Below are positions 21,671 to 33,879 of a stretch of DNA of 64,000 nt, one piece after another. Each line of letters begins with the position of its first letter. The stretch's first letter is position 1. The notes under the pieces were generated by a model. The model was not told the DNA's origin. It did not search any database and worked only from the letters and a program-made list of their open reading frames with translations. The stretch lies in NCBI RefSeq assembly GCF_006345805.1, contig NC_043009.1, positions 61,132,001-61,196,000 of the forward strand. The letters are read 5' to 3'. The position numbers and the translations under genes were made by a program. This DNA is from Octopus sinensis (lineage: Eukaryota).

Positions 21671-21824
21671 TCCATCTTGTAGACCTGGAGCCTAATGACT
21701 TACAAGTGAAGCACTTCTGGGAAGCTGTGAAGAATTTTTCCAATGAAGACCGAAGTCGACTACTGCGTTTTGTTACTGGAAGACGGCGCCTCCCTGCTCC
21801 CATTTACCTTTCTTCTGCTAAACC
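21671..21824 (+). CDS. HECTD3: HECTD3 coding exon
   Basis: TTACAG/...CC-GTAAGT; encodes (V)[50 protein letters not shown](P), with the HECT motif FWE...EDRSRxLRFVTG. Confidence 0.96.
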
Positions 21825-22769
21825 GTAAGTGCACAAACACACACATACACACACACACACACATATGTATATATATGATGGGAATCTTGTAGTTTCCATC
21901 TCAAGAATTTCACTCCCAAGTTCTTGGCCAGCCTGCAGCTTTAGTAGAAGGCACCAGCTGAGAGTATCCCAGCAGCAGGCATGAACAACCAAGCACCTGG
22001 TTTGAAAGTAAAATTTCTTAAGCACATGACCTATCAACATATATCATCATCATCATCAAGTCTCCATTTTCCATGCTGGCATGGGTTGGGTGGTTTGACT
22101 GGAGCTGACCAGGCTCCAATTGTCTGTTGTGGCATGATTTCTATGGCTGGATGCCCTTTTCTGATGCCAACCACTTTACAGAGTGTACAGGGTGCTTTTT
22201 ATGTGGAAACAGCACCAGTGCTTTATACGTGGACTGGTACGGGTGCCTTCTATGTGAACCGGCACAGGTGTCTTTTATGTGGACTGGCATGGGTGCTCTT
22301 CAAAGCAAAACCCTTACTTTTACATATATATAAAAGTAAGCACATATGTAGAACAAGTTGGCAAAAATAGTACTTGAATATTAAAAGCGAAGTAAACCTT
22401 CTCTGACTGTTATTCAGTCTCATGTAACCAGTTGTTAGACACTTGTGATAATGAGGGACTCCTTTGGTCACGAATAACCATGGGATTGCACCTAGAAAGT
22501 TTCCCTCTGAGGCACAAGTCTGGGCAAAGTTGTTTATGGAAGACCAGCAGTGGACCATGCATAGCTGTCTCCCTTTTCTATGCCATTGATGTTAACCAAA
22601 GGAAAGGCAAAGGCCGATACAACTTGGCACCTGTGACATCGCAATTCATTTCTACAGATGAGTGAACTGGAGCAAGAATTGAACTCACTAGCTCATAATT
22701 GTGAGCCTGATGCTCTAATCACTGAGCCATGCGCCTTCATTTGTGATAATACAGACTAATATGTGTGTG

Positions 22770-22812
<43 letters not shown>

Positions 22813-22904
22813 ATCTGCAGCTTGAATCAATCTTGAGTAACAATATTAAAAAAATTTTTGTATTTTATCATGTTTTATTTCTTTGTTTTTGTTTTTTCTT
22901 TTAG

Positions 22905-22973
22905 TGAAGTGGACAACGTCCTTCCTGAGTCATCAACCTGTGGTAACATGTTATTTATGCCCAGATATTCAAG
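22905..22973 (+). CDS. HECTD3: HECTD3 coding exon with HECT catalytic cysteine
   Basis: TTTTAG/...AG-GTTTGT; encodes EVDNVLPESSTCGNMLFMPRYS; Cys codon TGT at 22939-22941 in LPESSTC. Confidence 0.95.
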
Positions 22974-23459
22974 GTTTGTACACCTATGCCCTCTGTCTTC
23001 ACACTTGTTCACCCTTTCTTCTATACTTGTTGTACATTCTACCCTTATCGTAAGTTGTTTTTGCCCTGTTAACCCTGCTTATAGAAATTATTTTATTTTT
23101 ATTCTTTAAGCTTTTCACTCCCTATGGAGCATGCGCCATCAAAAATTTTTCCCACTTCCCATGTGGTGCCACTTAAAAGCATCCGTGCAGTGCCACATTA
23201 AAGCACCCAGCACACTCTGTAAAGTGGTTGGCATTAGGAAGGGTATCCAGCCATAGAAACCATGCCAAATCACACTGGAATTTGGTGCAGCCCTCTGGCT
23301 TGCCCACTCTAGTCATGCCATCCAATCCATGCCAGCATGGACAACGGATGCTAAATGCTGATGATGATGATGATGTCCCTGACTCTGGATTCCCTGAAGG
23401 AAAGCCTTCTTCTCTCGGGTTTTGTTGGTTTTGAATTGTCATTGATGCTTCTCTAGATT

Positions 23460-23643
23460 TGCCTTTTTTTTTACAAGATAGAGGCATTTTTACCTCTGGG
23501 AAGAGGTGGTCACTACTAGTCTGGCCTCTCTCCTTTGACTTGCACATCACGGGATGTCCTACCAGGAGCTTGACACTCCAGTGCCATAGCTCTCAGGGTC
23601 ATTGAAACACAAAGAGCCATCACACCACAACAAGGACTGGGCC
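23460..23643 (-). mobile_element. LINE (probably RTE) 5' UTR fragment
   Basis: Reverse strand CCAGTCCTTGTTGTGGTG...CAATGACCCTGAGAGCTATG...GTCAAAGGAGAGAGGCCAGACTAG...CCTCTTCCCAGAGGTAAAAAT; second copy at 53063-53265(+). Confidence 0.55.
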
Positions 23644-23750
23644 TTGTGGTAGATGTATAAATTTACATGTTACAAAAACTTGGGATAGCTTTGACAATGT
23701 TATGTAGAGTGGTGTGTGTTGTGTGGTTCTGTAGAACCCCTGGCTTAGAT

Positions 23751-24000
23751 CATTGGTTCTCAACTGGGTTCCGTATAGGATTTTAGTGTCCAAATTTATG
23801 TTTGATTATGATAATGAATAAATTGGTTATACTTCCACAATACACAAAATATTTTAACAGTTTTTTTTATACAGTCCCTAATTATATTTAATTACAAAAA
23901 TATAATAAGATTGTTTAAACATTGAAATGGCTTTGAGGGTCCAGTGGAGTAAAATAAGAATCAAAGGGGTCCATAGGTAAAAAGTGATTGAGAACCACTG
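23751..24000. mobile_element. hAT (Charlie-like) MITE, 250 bp, 8-bp TSD
   Basis: CATTGGTTCTCAA...TTGAGAACCACTG termini; flanks GCTTAGAT (23743-23750) and ACTTAGAT (24001-24008). Confidence 0.85.
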
Positions 24001-24453
24001 ACTTAGATGTTACCCTATTTTCTCATGGTATTTTTGTAATGTTGTAAAATAAAAAAAATAAATGTGCCCTTTTTAAAGCCTAGCCAGGGTCATGGGCCCG
24101 GATTCCTGGTTTCTATGGCGTATGTGTTCCCCCCAGCTGGACGGGACGCCAGTCCATCGCAGCGTTACTCAGTGGACTGGAGCAATGTGAAATGAAGTGC
24201 TTTGCTCAAGAACACAACACATTGGCTGTTCCAGGAATCGAAACCACAATCTTACGATCATGGTTCTGACACCCTAACCACTAGGCCACGTGCATCCACT
24301 TTGTAATGTTGTAGCATGCTGAAAATTTGGTCACATTTCTGTGACTGAACACGTAGAGTTAAGAGTGTGAATGTGTGTGTGATTAAAATAATGGTCTTTT
24401 TTAAGATTCCAGTGTTCATTTACTCTGTTTTTACCATTTTTCTCTCCCTACAG

Positions 24454-24538
24454 TGCCAAGATTGCCGAAGAGAAGCTTCAGTATGCTGCCTATAACTGTA
24501 TTGCTATCGACACAGATGTCAGTCCTTGGGAAGATTAA
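24454..24538 (+). CDS. HECTD3: HECTD3 terminal coding exon
   Basis: CTACAG/; encodes (S)[27 protein letters not shown]; compare [27 protein letters not shown]; TAA at 24536-24538. Confidence 0.97.
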
Positions 24539-24724
24539 CTCATTTTGCTCCACACCACAGCCACCGCCTCCCTTTCTTTCCAGTGTGCGTGTGTGTGTGT
24601 GTTGGTGGAGTTGAGGCTTGCTTGCCTCCACATCACCACCTTCATGCACTGTTCACCCCCATTTTCACAGTTGCTCACTCAGATAATGGCCAGAGTGAAC
24701 TGGATCTTTTCTTTGATATGTTTT

Positions 24725-24741
24725 ATTATATATATATATAC

Positions 24742-24827
<86 letters not shown>

Positions 24828-25103
24828 ATATATATATGTGTGTGTATATATATATGTGGTGTGTGTATATATATATATATATGTATGTATATATATATGT
24901 ATGTATGTATATTTGTATATGTATATATATTTATATATGTATGTATATATATTTGTATATGTATATATATTTATATATGTATATATGTATTTATATTTGT
25001 ACAGTAAATGTATATATGGCTGCATACTAAATATATGTATGTTTATATAGTGAATACGTATGTGTGTGTGTAAATATATATATGTACATATGTATGTATG
25101 TAT

Positions 25104-25142
<39 letters not shown>
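24725..25142. repeat. (TA)n/(TG)n compound microsatellite downstream of the HECTD3 stop
   Basis: Direct inspection. Confidence 0.9.
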
Positions 25143-25145
<3 letters not shown>

Positions 25146-25269
25146 CATTGAAAACATTTTTAAAATGTGATAAATGTGTAGTAAATGTACAGTCTAAGTA
25201 AAGATATCTATAAATCTATATATGTGTGTATCTTATGATTCAATGAACAGGCCCATAACCAATTTCTCT

Positions 25270-25275
25270 ATTAAA
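25270..25275 (+). promoter_or_regulatory. Possible HECTD3 polyadenylation signal (ATTAAA)
   Basis: First canonical-type hexamer I noticed after the stop codon, followed by T-rich sequence; unverified. Confidence 0.2.
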
Positions 25276-26214
25276 TGCTGATCTTTTCTAAAGTTTTATA
25301 TATTTCAACTGTATCGTTAAGCAATTGTATTTGGATAATTAAGAGCAGCTAATTTTGTTCTTTCATTGATTTTCTCCAGTTTTTTGAAAAATTACTTTCT
25401 TGCAATCAGGGAAGGAACCGTATAATCAGGCTGTAAAATAGCTAACAAATAACTTTCAGAGTGCTTCTGTGTGTCAGGATCAATCTGACATAACTCAGTA
25501 AACCAATGATTATGGGTTCAAAACCTTACACTGGTTGTAGAATATGTAACGGCTTACTTTTAGGACTCTTCAGCTTCTCAAAGTATTGCTTTGTAGGCCG
25601 ACGGTCATAGGTAAAAATTGAAACCTTATTGCCTGGACATCTGACACCCATATCAGTTAGACAACCAATTTTCATATCAGAAAACATGTTTTTGTTTTCT
25701 AATTCACATAACGATATCTTCTCAGTTACCTGAAGATTTTTACCTGGAGTCTTCCACCAATATTCCTTGTCATCTTTCATTTAACCGCCAGGCTTGAAGC
25801 AATATTTCTTACAAAAACATCAGCTACTAAAGACATTGGTAATTAGTTATAACTAACATCTCCTCTTTGTCTTATTAATAGCTGGTTCTCTGGTTCTGTT
25901 GTCTCGTTAGCTAAAATCTAACATATTTTTTACCTGTTGTTTGTGATGTATTAAATCTTCCTCACCAACTTGATATATTCCATGCATAGTATCACAATCT
26001 GCTGGTTAGAAAGAGATTTTCTTCTCTATTTTGCTGTCTCTTGAGTGCTTTAGTATTTATCTCTCTAACTGATGTATCCACACTGTACATAAATATTAAG
26101 CTAGGCCTGGTCTTTAGTGTTACTGTTACACACACATACATACATACATACAAATATATTTATTTAGGTGTGTATGTATATATATATATATACATACATA
26201 TATATACACATACA

Positions 26215-26450
26215 CAGGGTGGCTCAAAAGTAGTGCTCAGTTCCTGTTTTAGGGTTGATATGTATGACTTCCCAATTGTGAGATGCTTTTGACTCCTAAC
26301 TCCTGTTTTACAGGTTGAGATATCAAAGAGTATCAACGACAAGGTACATGAGCTAGATTTAGTAACTTTCAAAACTGTCAGTAATAACCTGCAAAACAAC
26401 AAGGAAAGGCATGACTTACCAGAAACTGGGCACTATTTTCACTTACCATG
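26215..26450. mobile_element. Tc1-like MITE with diverged TIRs, embedded in (TA)n
   Basis: Left CAGGGTGGCTCAAAAGTAGTGCTCAGTT; right (reverse) CATGGTAAGTGAAAATAGTGCCCAGTT, followed by TA. Confidence 0.55.
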
Positions 26451-26850
26451 TATATATATTTATATATGTATATATATTTTATATATGTATATATATTTAT
26501 ATATGTATGTATATATATATTTATATGTATATTTATATATATATATATTTGTATATATTTATATATATATATAATATATGTATGTATATTTATTTATATA
26601 TATGTATGTATATTTATATATATGTATGTATATTTATATATGTATATATATATGATGTGGGTGAGAGAGAGAGTGTGTGTGTATATATATGTGATGTGGG
26701 TAAGAGAGTGTGTGTGTATGTATATATATGTATGTATGTATGTATATATATGTGTATATATATATATTTATTTATATATTTTATATATATATATATTTAT
26801 ATATATATATGATGTGGGTGAGAGTGTGTGTGTGTGTGCATATATATGTA
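26451..26850. repeat. (TA)n-rich compound microsatellite
   Basis: Direct inspection. Confidence 0.9.
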
Positions 26851-27686
26851 TGTTGAGAGAGGGGCAGATCCGTATGCTTGTATTCATGCACAGGTGTGTA
26901 TTTGTGCCTGTACCTATAAATTCATACTCACACACATTGCTGTGTATCAGTGTATTTATGCATAAATAGATATGTGTGTGAACATTTTTTTTTATTTTCC
27001 AATTATGGCCCAGCCATCAATTCTCAGTTGACAGCAAGCAAACTTACCTGAAACTCACACACACACGCACACACACACACACACACACACACGTGTATAT
27101 AATATGTATACATGCATACCTGCATACATATATTCCCATTCATACATATGCATATATATACACATACATACACAAAAAAACTGGCTGTGATTCTTATTCT
27201 CTCAACAATTTACTTTAGTTTCACCCCCACCCCCCTCCTGCTAAACACCTCCCACCCCCTACCTTTTTATCTCACTGCCTTTCATTCTTTCCATCTTAAT
27301 TCCCCCCTCCCCCTCTCTCACACACACTCAGCACTCACCAGTCATCTCCTCCCATCACTCATTCCACACATTTCCAGACTTGTACCTGCATTCACACACA
27401 CATACCTAAAGTAAAATGGATGTTTGTCAGTTTGTTAAACTCGTGGACAAGTATTTCGGTTGTTCAATCAACCAGACTACCTATTTTTTGAATTATTTGT
27501 GTAAGTGCTTGAGTATACCACAGACAATAGTATTCTTAGAGTAATAGGCTGTGTTGTTAAGATGTTCGCTTAGCAACCGTGTTGTTTCTGGCTCGATCTC
27601 ATTGTACAGCACCTTAGGAAAGTGTCATCTACTATAACCCTGGGCCAACAAATGCCTTGTGTGTAGATTCGATATACAAAAACTGG

Positions 27687-27725
<39 letters not shown>

Positions 27726-27841
27726 TACATACATATACATATATATACATAGGGAGAGTTTACGAAAAAAACAAAAGACGAAGATAGGTGGTGTACAAAA
27801 CAAACAGATGTATTAGTATAACGCTTGGGAATAGAAAAAGT

Positions 27842-27877
27842 CTTTTACGTTTCGAGCCTATGCTCTTCTACAGAAAG
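27842..27877 (-). ncRNA. Minimal hammerhead-like motif, variant core CUGUAGA
   Basis: Reverse strand CTTT CTGTAGA A GAGC-ATAG-GCTC GAAAC GTA AAAG. Confidence 0.6.
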
Positions 27878-28168
27878 GAGACTTTTGGCGATTTGCTGTG
27901 CTTCAGAAGACTCATCAAACTACATGAAATCGTAGTCACGGCTGGTGCCAGTGACACATAAAAGGCACCTGTGCCAGCGACATGTAAAAGGCACCCACTA
28001 CACTCTTGGAGAGGTTGGCATTAGAAAGAGTGTCTAGCTGTAGAAACCAAGCCAAATCAAACTGGAACCTGGTACAGCTCTCCGATTTACCAGTTCCAGA
28101 CAAACTGACTAACCCATGCCAACATGGTAAGTGGACACTAAATGATGCTGATGATATATATATGTATG

Positions 28169-28211
<43 letters not shown>

Positions 28212-28334
28212 GTGTCATTGAGACCCAAAGGTGTCAGGTAATGCTGAATAAGTGCTATAGGCAGACCATAGTTAAGTTCCAGATTCGGTAACATGGCGAA
28301 TAAAGGGTTCAACGTTGGTTCTATGTCAGCATGT

Positions 28335-28574
28335 GTATATAAGAATTTTTTGCGTAATAATATTAAAAAAAACCAAGGCTGTGTAGATATTAGAGCATTT
28401 ATAGATAGAAGGTCTTACAGCTGTTTCCAGGATATTTATTAATTATATCCCTTCATCCTCTTACACCGTCTCCGATGAAGGGATATAATTAATTAATATC
28501 CTTGAAACAGCTGTAAGACCTATCTCTAATATCTACACAGCCTTGGTTTTTTTATATTATTACGCAAAAAATTC

Positions 28575-28585
<11 letters not shown>
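28335..28585. mobile_element. Fold-back PLE-type terminal-repeat remnant
   Basis: 28335-28457 is the reverse complement of 28474-28585; both arms carry GAAACAGCTGTA. Confidence 0.75.
28468..28519 (+). ncRNA. Minimal type-I hammerhead ribozyme motif, variant core CCGAUGA
   Basis: GTCT CCGATGA AGGGATAT-aattaatta-ATATCCTT GAAAC AGCT GTA AGAC; palindromic stem III ACAGCTGT. Confidence 0.65.
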
Positions 28586-28611
<26 letters not shown>

Positions 28612-29167
28612 TACACATATGTTTCTGTAGTGCTGATGCCATGTAAAAAGCACCCAGTCTCTCTGTAAAGTGGTTGGTGTTAGGAAGGGCATCCAGCCAT
28701 AGACATTATGCCAAATGAGAGAGTGGAGCCTGGTGTGGCTTCCAGCCTTGCCAACTCCTGTCAAACCGTCCAACCCTTGCCAGCATGAAAAACAGACATT
28801 AAACGACAATGTGTGCCTTTGTGCTTGTGTCCTGTCACTTGAGAGCCAGTGTTGGTTTGTTCATATCCCTGTAACATACAACAGCTCAGCAAATAAGAAT
28901 GCCAGACTGGGGTCATTTCAGTCAACTGAATCATGGCCAGCATTGCCATAGTCCAGTAGCTAAAACAAAAGAAGAGAAGTTGTGGCAGTGTGGTTAATAT
29001 GTTTATTTCCCATCCAGATGGTTGTGGGTTCAGTCCCACTGCATGGCAACTTGGACATGGGTCTTCTTTTATAACCCTGAATCAACCAAAGCTTTGTGAG
29101 TGGATTTGATATATAGAAACTGAAAGCACACACATGTTTGTGTGTCTGTGTGTCTCTTTGTATCTAT

Positions 29168-29209
<42 letters not shown>

Positions 29210-31227
29210 ATTGTTTACATCATGTGTAGGCAAACTTTTTTGAGAAATTGGCTGCATAAGAAATGACTCATCACAAGGCAGGCTTCACTACCAAAGAAAT
29301 TCAAGGTAATTTTTCTGAATGACATGCCATTCAAAAAACCTCACAGACTGCAGTTTACCTCAGACTGGATTACATCGTAAGAATTTCGGAACTTTAAGAG
29401 ACATGGAATAAACTTGTTTTATTGCTGGAACTTGAAATAGATAAAACCAACCTAAATAAATAAATAAATAAATGATGATTGCCTCATCTTGTCAGATGAC
29501 AACTGTCTCACATTCAACCTGGTTGTTCTGATTTACTTTCATCTTTGCATGTGGGCAGTTATGACTATACACAGCATACATTCATTGCCAAAGGACTTTA
29601 CAAGATACTAAATGGATCAAGAGATGAAACAATAGTGAGACATCTGTACATCATTGGATTTAAGTGACAAAAGTTTGTACAACATTCTTGTCACTCTCTC
29701 TGATCACCATAGGAGGTTCCAGTGACAACCATTTCGACTGCAAGTTTTATGTCTTTCTCATAGAAGAGCTGCCTTTCCTACAGTTTCATAAAAAATAATA
29801 GGAGCTTTTTGTACCCTTGGGAAATCTAATTAATCCATAGATAGGACCCTAACGGATGCTACCATTCCAGGTGAGAATGGACCTGGGAATAATGGTAATT
29901 AAGAGGTGATTCCACACTCCCCATAACTCCAGAATTTCTGAACTGGGATCTCACCACTGGATACTGTTTAATATCAAACCCAAGACAGTGTGTGTATTGA
30001 GCCACTTAATTATGGAATTACATATAAGTGGCTGAATATTCCACAGATACATTGATCCTCAGACTGAATCATGACACAATGTGCAACAAGGCTATTATAA
30101 CTATTATAGCTGCAGTCCATCCACTGAGCTTCAGCACAGTTCCTGTTGACCCACTTTTACTCACAAGGTCTTGTGTGTTGACCCAAAGCTGTGGTGGGCT
30201 ACACTTGCTTAAGGTGCGATGCAGTGGGATCGAATTTGGAGCCTTGTGATTACAAAGCAAACTTCTTAACTCCTTAATCATGCTTGCATCAAGACGAACA
30301 TGCAGGTATGCACACCTGCACTCAGGTATGTGTGCTTACAGTAGCTTAGATGCATTCTCAGGTATATTTTCTCCTGTACCCAATCAGTCCAATGCAGTGA
30401 GCTGTTTCTGACAACATTTGGATGGATTATATTATTTCATTTATACCCTCATAAATTCTACCCCTCGTAGAATTTATGCGGGTAGCAGGCTACTACCTGT
30501 AACCCTTAGATAGCCGCAAACTTTCAAGTGCTCAAAATTCTTCTGATAATCTTTCTTGTTCCTAAGAAGCAAACTTCCTGTAGAAGCTCTATTATTATTA
30601 TTATTATTATTACCACCACTAAAGCGGCGAGCTGGCAGAATCATTAGCACTCTGGATTCGCCCGTCACTATGTTCTGAGTTCAATAAGATAAGTACCTGT
30701 TGAAGACTGGGGGTCGATGTAATCAACACATCCCCTCCCCCAAAATTGCTGCCCTTGTGGCAAAATTTGAAACCATTATTATTATTATTATTATAAATTA
30801 TTTATTGTCTTATTACAAAGATGATGATCATGTTTATTATTATTATTGTTTGTGATTGTGATGATGGTTGTAATGGTCAAGATGTTGGTGGTGGCACTGA
30901 TGGAAATTGTGATGACGATTATGGTGGTAATTAATGATGGTGGTGATGGTGGAAGTGATTGTTGATGACAGTGATGATAATGGTGATGGTGTTGATGCTG
31001 TTTACTGACAGTGGTGATGATGATGATGATAATGATTATGGTGATTTCCTCTTACCAACTCTAACAAAAAAAAATTTGTGAACTATAACAAAGCAAAAAA
31101 AAAAATTAAATTGAATAAAATTATTTTTTCTTTCCATTTTATTTGTCTTCAGTACATGTATGTATGTATGTAAGTAAACTATTTATATATGTATGCATGT
31201 ATTTATGTATATTAATATCTTTAAGTA

Positions 31228-31269
<42 letters not shown>

Positions 31270-31968
31270 GTATATATAAGTGTATAAACAGCAGATTCCA
31301 CTTAATTGCATACCAAATAACTGCATAATTCAGTTAACTTCACAACTTTTCAACAACACCAAGCCGTTTCACATTAAAATCTATGTAAAATTAATTAGTT
31401 AATTGCAGATACAATTGACATCATTTAGGAAAATTGCATAAGAATTTTTTTCTTTTCCTCTCATTTTGAGTAAAACATTAGTAAAAACCGTAGCATTAAA
31501 AGTGAAATATCTACTTGATTGCACCTAGAAAGTTGCCCTCCGAGTAACAAGTCCAGGCAAGGTTGTTTATGGAAGGCCAGCAGTCGTCCATGCATACCGG
31601 CCTCCCCTCTCCACACCATTGATGTTATCCAAGGGAAAGGCAAAGGGGCCGATAGAGCTTGGCACCAGTGATGTTGCAACTCATTTCTACAGCTGAGTTA
31701 ACAGGAGCAACATGAAATAAAGTGTCTTGCTCAAGAACGCAACACGCAGTCTGGTCCGGGAATCGAACTCACAACCTCACGATTGTAAGCTCGACACTCT
31801 AACCACTGAGCCATGTGCTTTCACTACTTGATATAATATGAATATAATGATTGTGGAAGCCACTGTTTTCATGATGAGCTTATTTGCAAACAACCAATGT
31901 CTTAAGAATCAAATGTTACCGTTTCTTACCATTTCAATGAATGGAATCTAATTGAAGTTCCAATCCAA

Positions 31969-32030
<62 letters not shown>

Positions 32031-33519
32031 ATGTGTGAGGTGGCAGAATCATTAATACAATGGCTTAAATGCCTAGTGGCATTTACTTCATTTTCACATT
32101 CTTTGTTAAAATTCCACCTAAGTTTACTTTGCCTTTAATCCTTTCGAGATCAATAAAAGAGTAACAGTGGAACACTGGGGGGGGGGGGTGATGTAATCAA
32201 CTTACCCACTTCCCTGAACTTGCTGGCCTTGTCCCAAAGTTTGAAGGCAATATATATATGTTATATATATAATATGTTATATATATATATATAATGTATG
32301 TTATATATGTAATATATATATATGTTATATATGTAATATATATATAATATAATATATGTTATATATATATATATGTTTTATTTATATATTATATATACTA
32401 TATATATTATTTATATATTACATAGATATATATGTTATATATATTTCATCTATTTTTAATTGTGTAATAAAATTCTTTAATAAATCTTCATTCTAGATCA
32501 AATTTCTAAAAAGATAGTTTGGAATCAAGTTTTAAAATGGACGCTGTTTTGTTGTTTTCATTATCGTTTACAAAAACCTGTGATTGAGTGAATTAAATTC
32601 TATTTCTTAATCCACATTAACACTAGTTGTTATCATTGAGTCAGTCAAAGTGTATGAAAGTCATTGTTAAGACATATGAATCTGGCTAAGCTTGGTTAAT
32701 TGAAGAATATCAAATGAGAGTTAACCCATTAGCATTCAGATAAATCTGCAGTATGTAATGCAGATTTATTTACAGGGCTTTTGATTAACCCTTTAGTATT
32801 TAAACCAGCCATATCCAGCCAAAATAGTTAATCTGTTTTATGTTCAAACTGACCAGATCCAGGCTCTCACACCTACCCTACAATGTTATTCTACATTAAG
32901 TAATTACACCATCAAGATCTTGAAGATATGAGAAAATGCATGATTAATTCAAATCAATAGGAATCAATAAGCATTATGTTTGATAGAATAATCTGAATAC
33001 TAAAGGGTTAATATTCTCACAACTTCAAAACTTCAGTGATGTGATTATTTATTTTTAAAATGATATTTTAGGGGTAGGTGTGAGAGGCTGGATCTGGTCA
33101 TTTTGAACATAACACAAGAAGAAAATTTGGGCCAGATATGAAATATAATGAACTTATTGTATACAGCATTCGTGTGCACTTTGGCAGGTTTAAATGGTAG
33201 AGGGTTAGATATTTTCATGTCAATACGTGATAACAATAATAGCTTGGACTAGTTGGAACCTAAGTAAATTATACTATAAAACAGTATGAGTGAATACATT
33301 TCATTCTATACAAGTGAGACATGGGCACAAAATTTATTACTAATAATTTATATTGAAATCTTGTAATATAACAACTACTATATGAATACAGTTCATTGAA
33401 TAAGAACAGCAATCATTGAAGCTATGCAATTAAGCAGAATTCATACATATATATATGCACTCATATATATATATATCCACATTCATGTGTGTGTATGTTT
33501 GTACATATGAAAAAAATAT

Positions 33520-33567
<48 letters not shown>

Positions 33568-33570
<3 letters not shown>

Positions 33571-33879
33571 AAATTAGAAAAAAACACCTTTTATCAATTC
33601 AAAATGAAAAATTAAATTACACCATCTAGAAAATTACATATAATAGAAATATTAAATATAAAATAACAATAATATACCGATGATTAAGTAATGTGCAAAA
33701 TAATAAATAAAACGTATACCAAATATATATGTTTTATTTATTTATTTGCACATTACTTAATAATCGGTATATTATTGTTATTTTATATTTAATATTTCTA
33801 TTATATGTAATTTTCTAGATGGTGTAATTTAATTTTTCATTTTGAATTGATAAAAGGTGGGTTTTTTTTCTAATTTATA
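33568..33879. repeat. Near-perfect palindrome, arms of about 146 bp with 17-nt spacer, between (TA)n tracts
   Basis: 33568-33713 is the reverse complement of 33731-33879. Confidence 0.9.
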
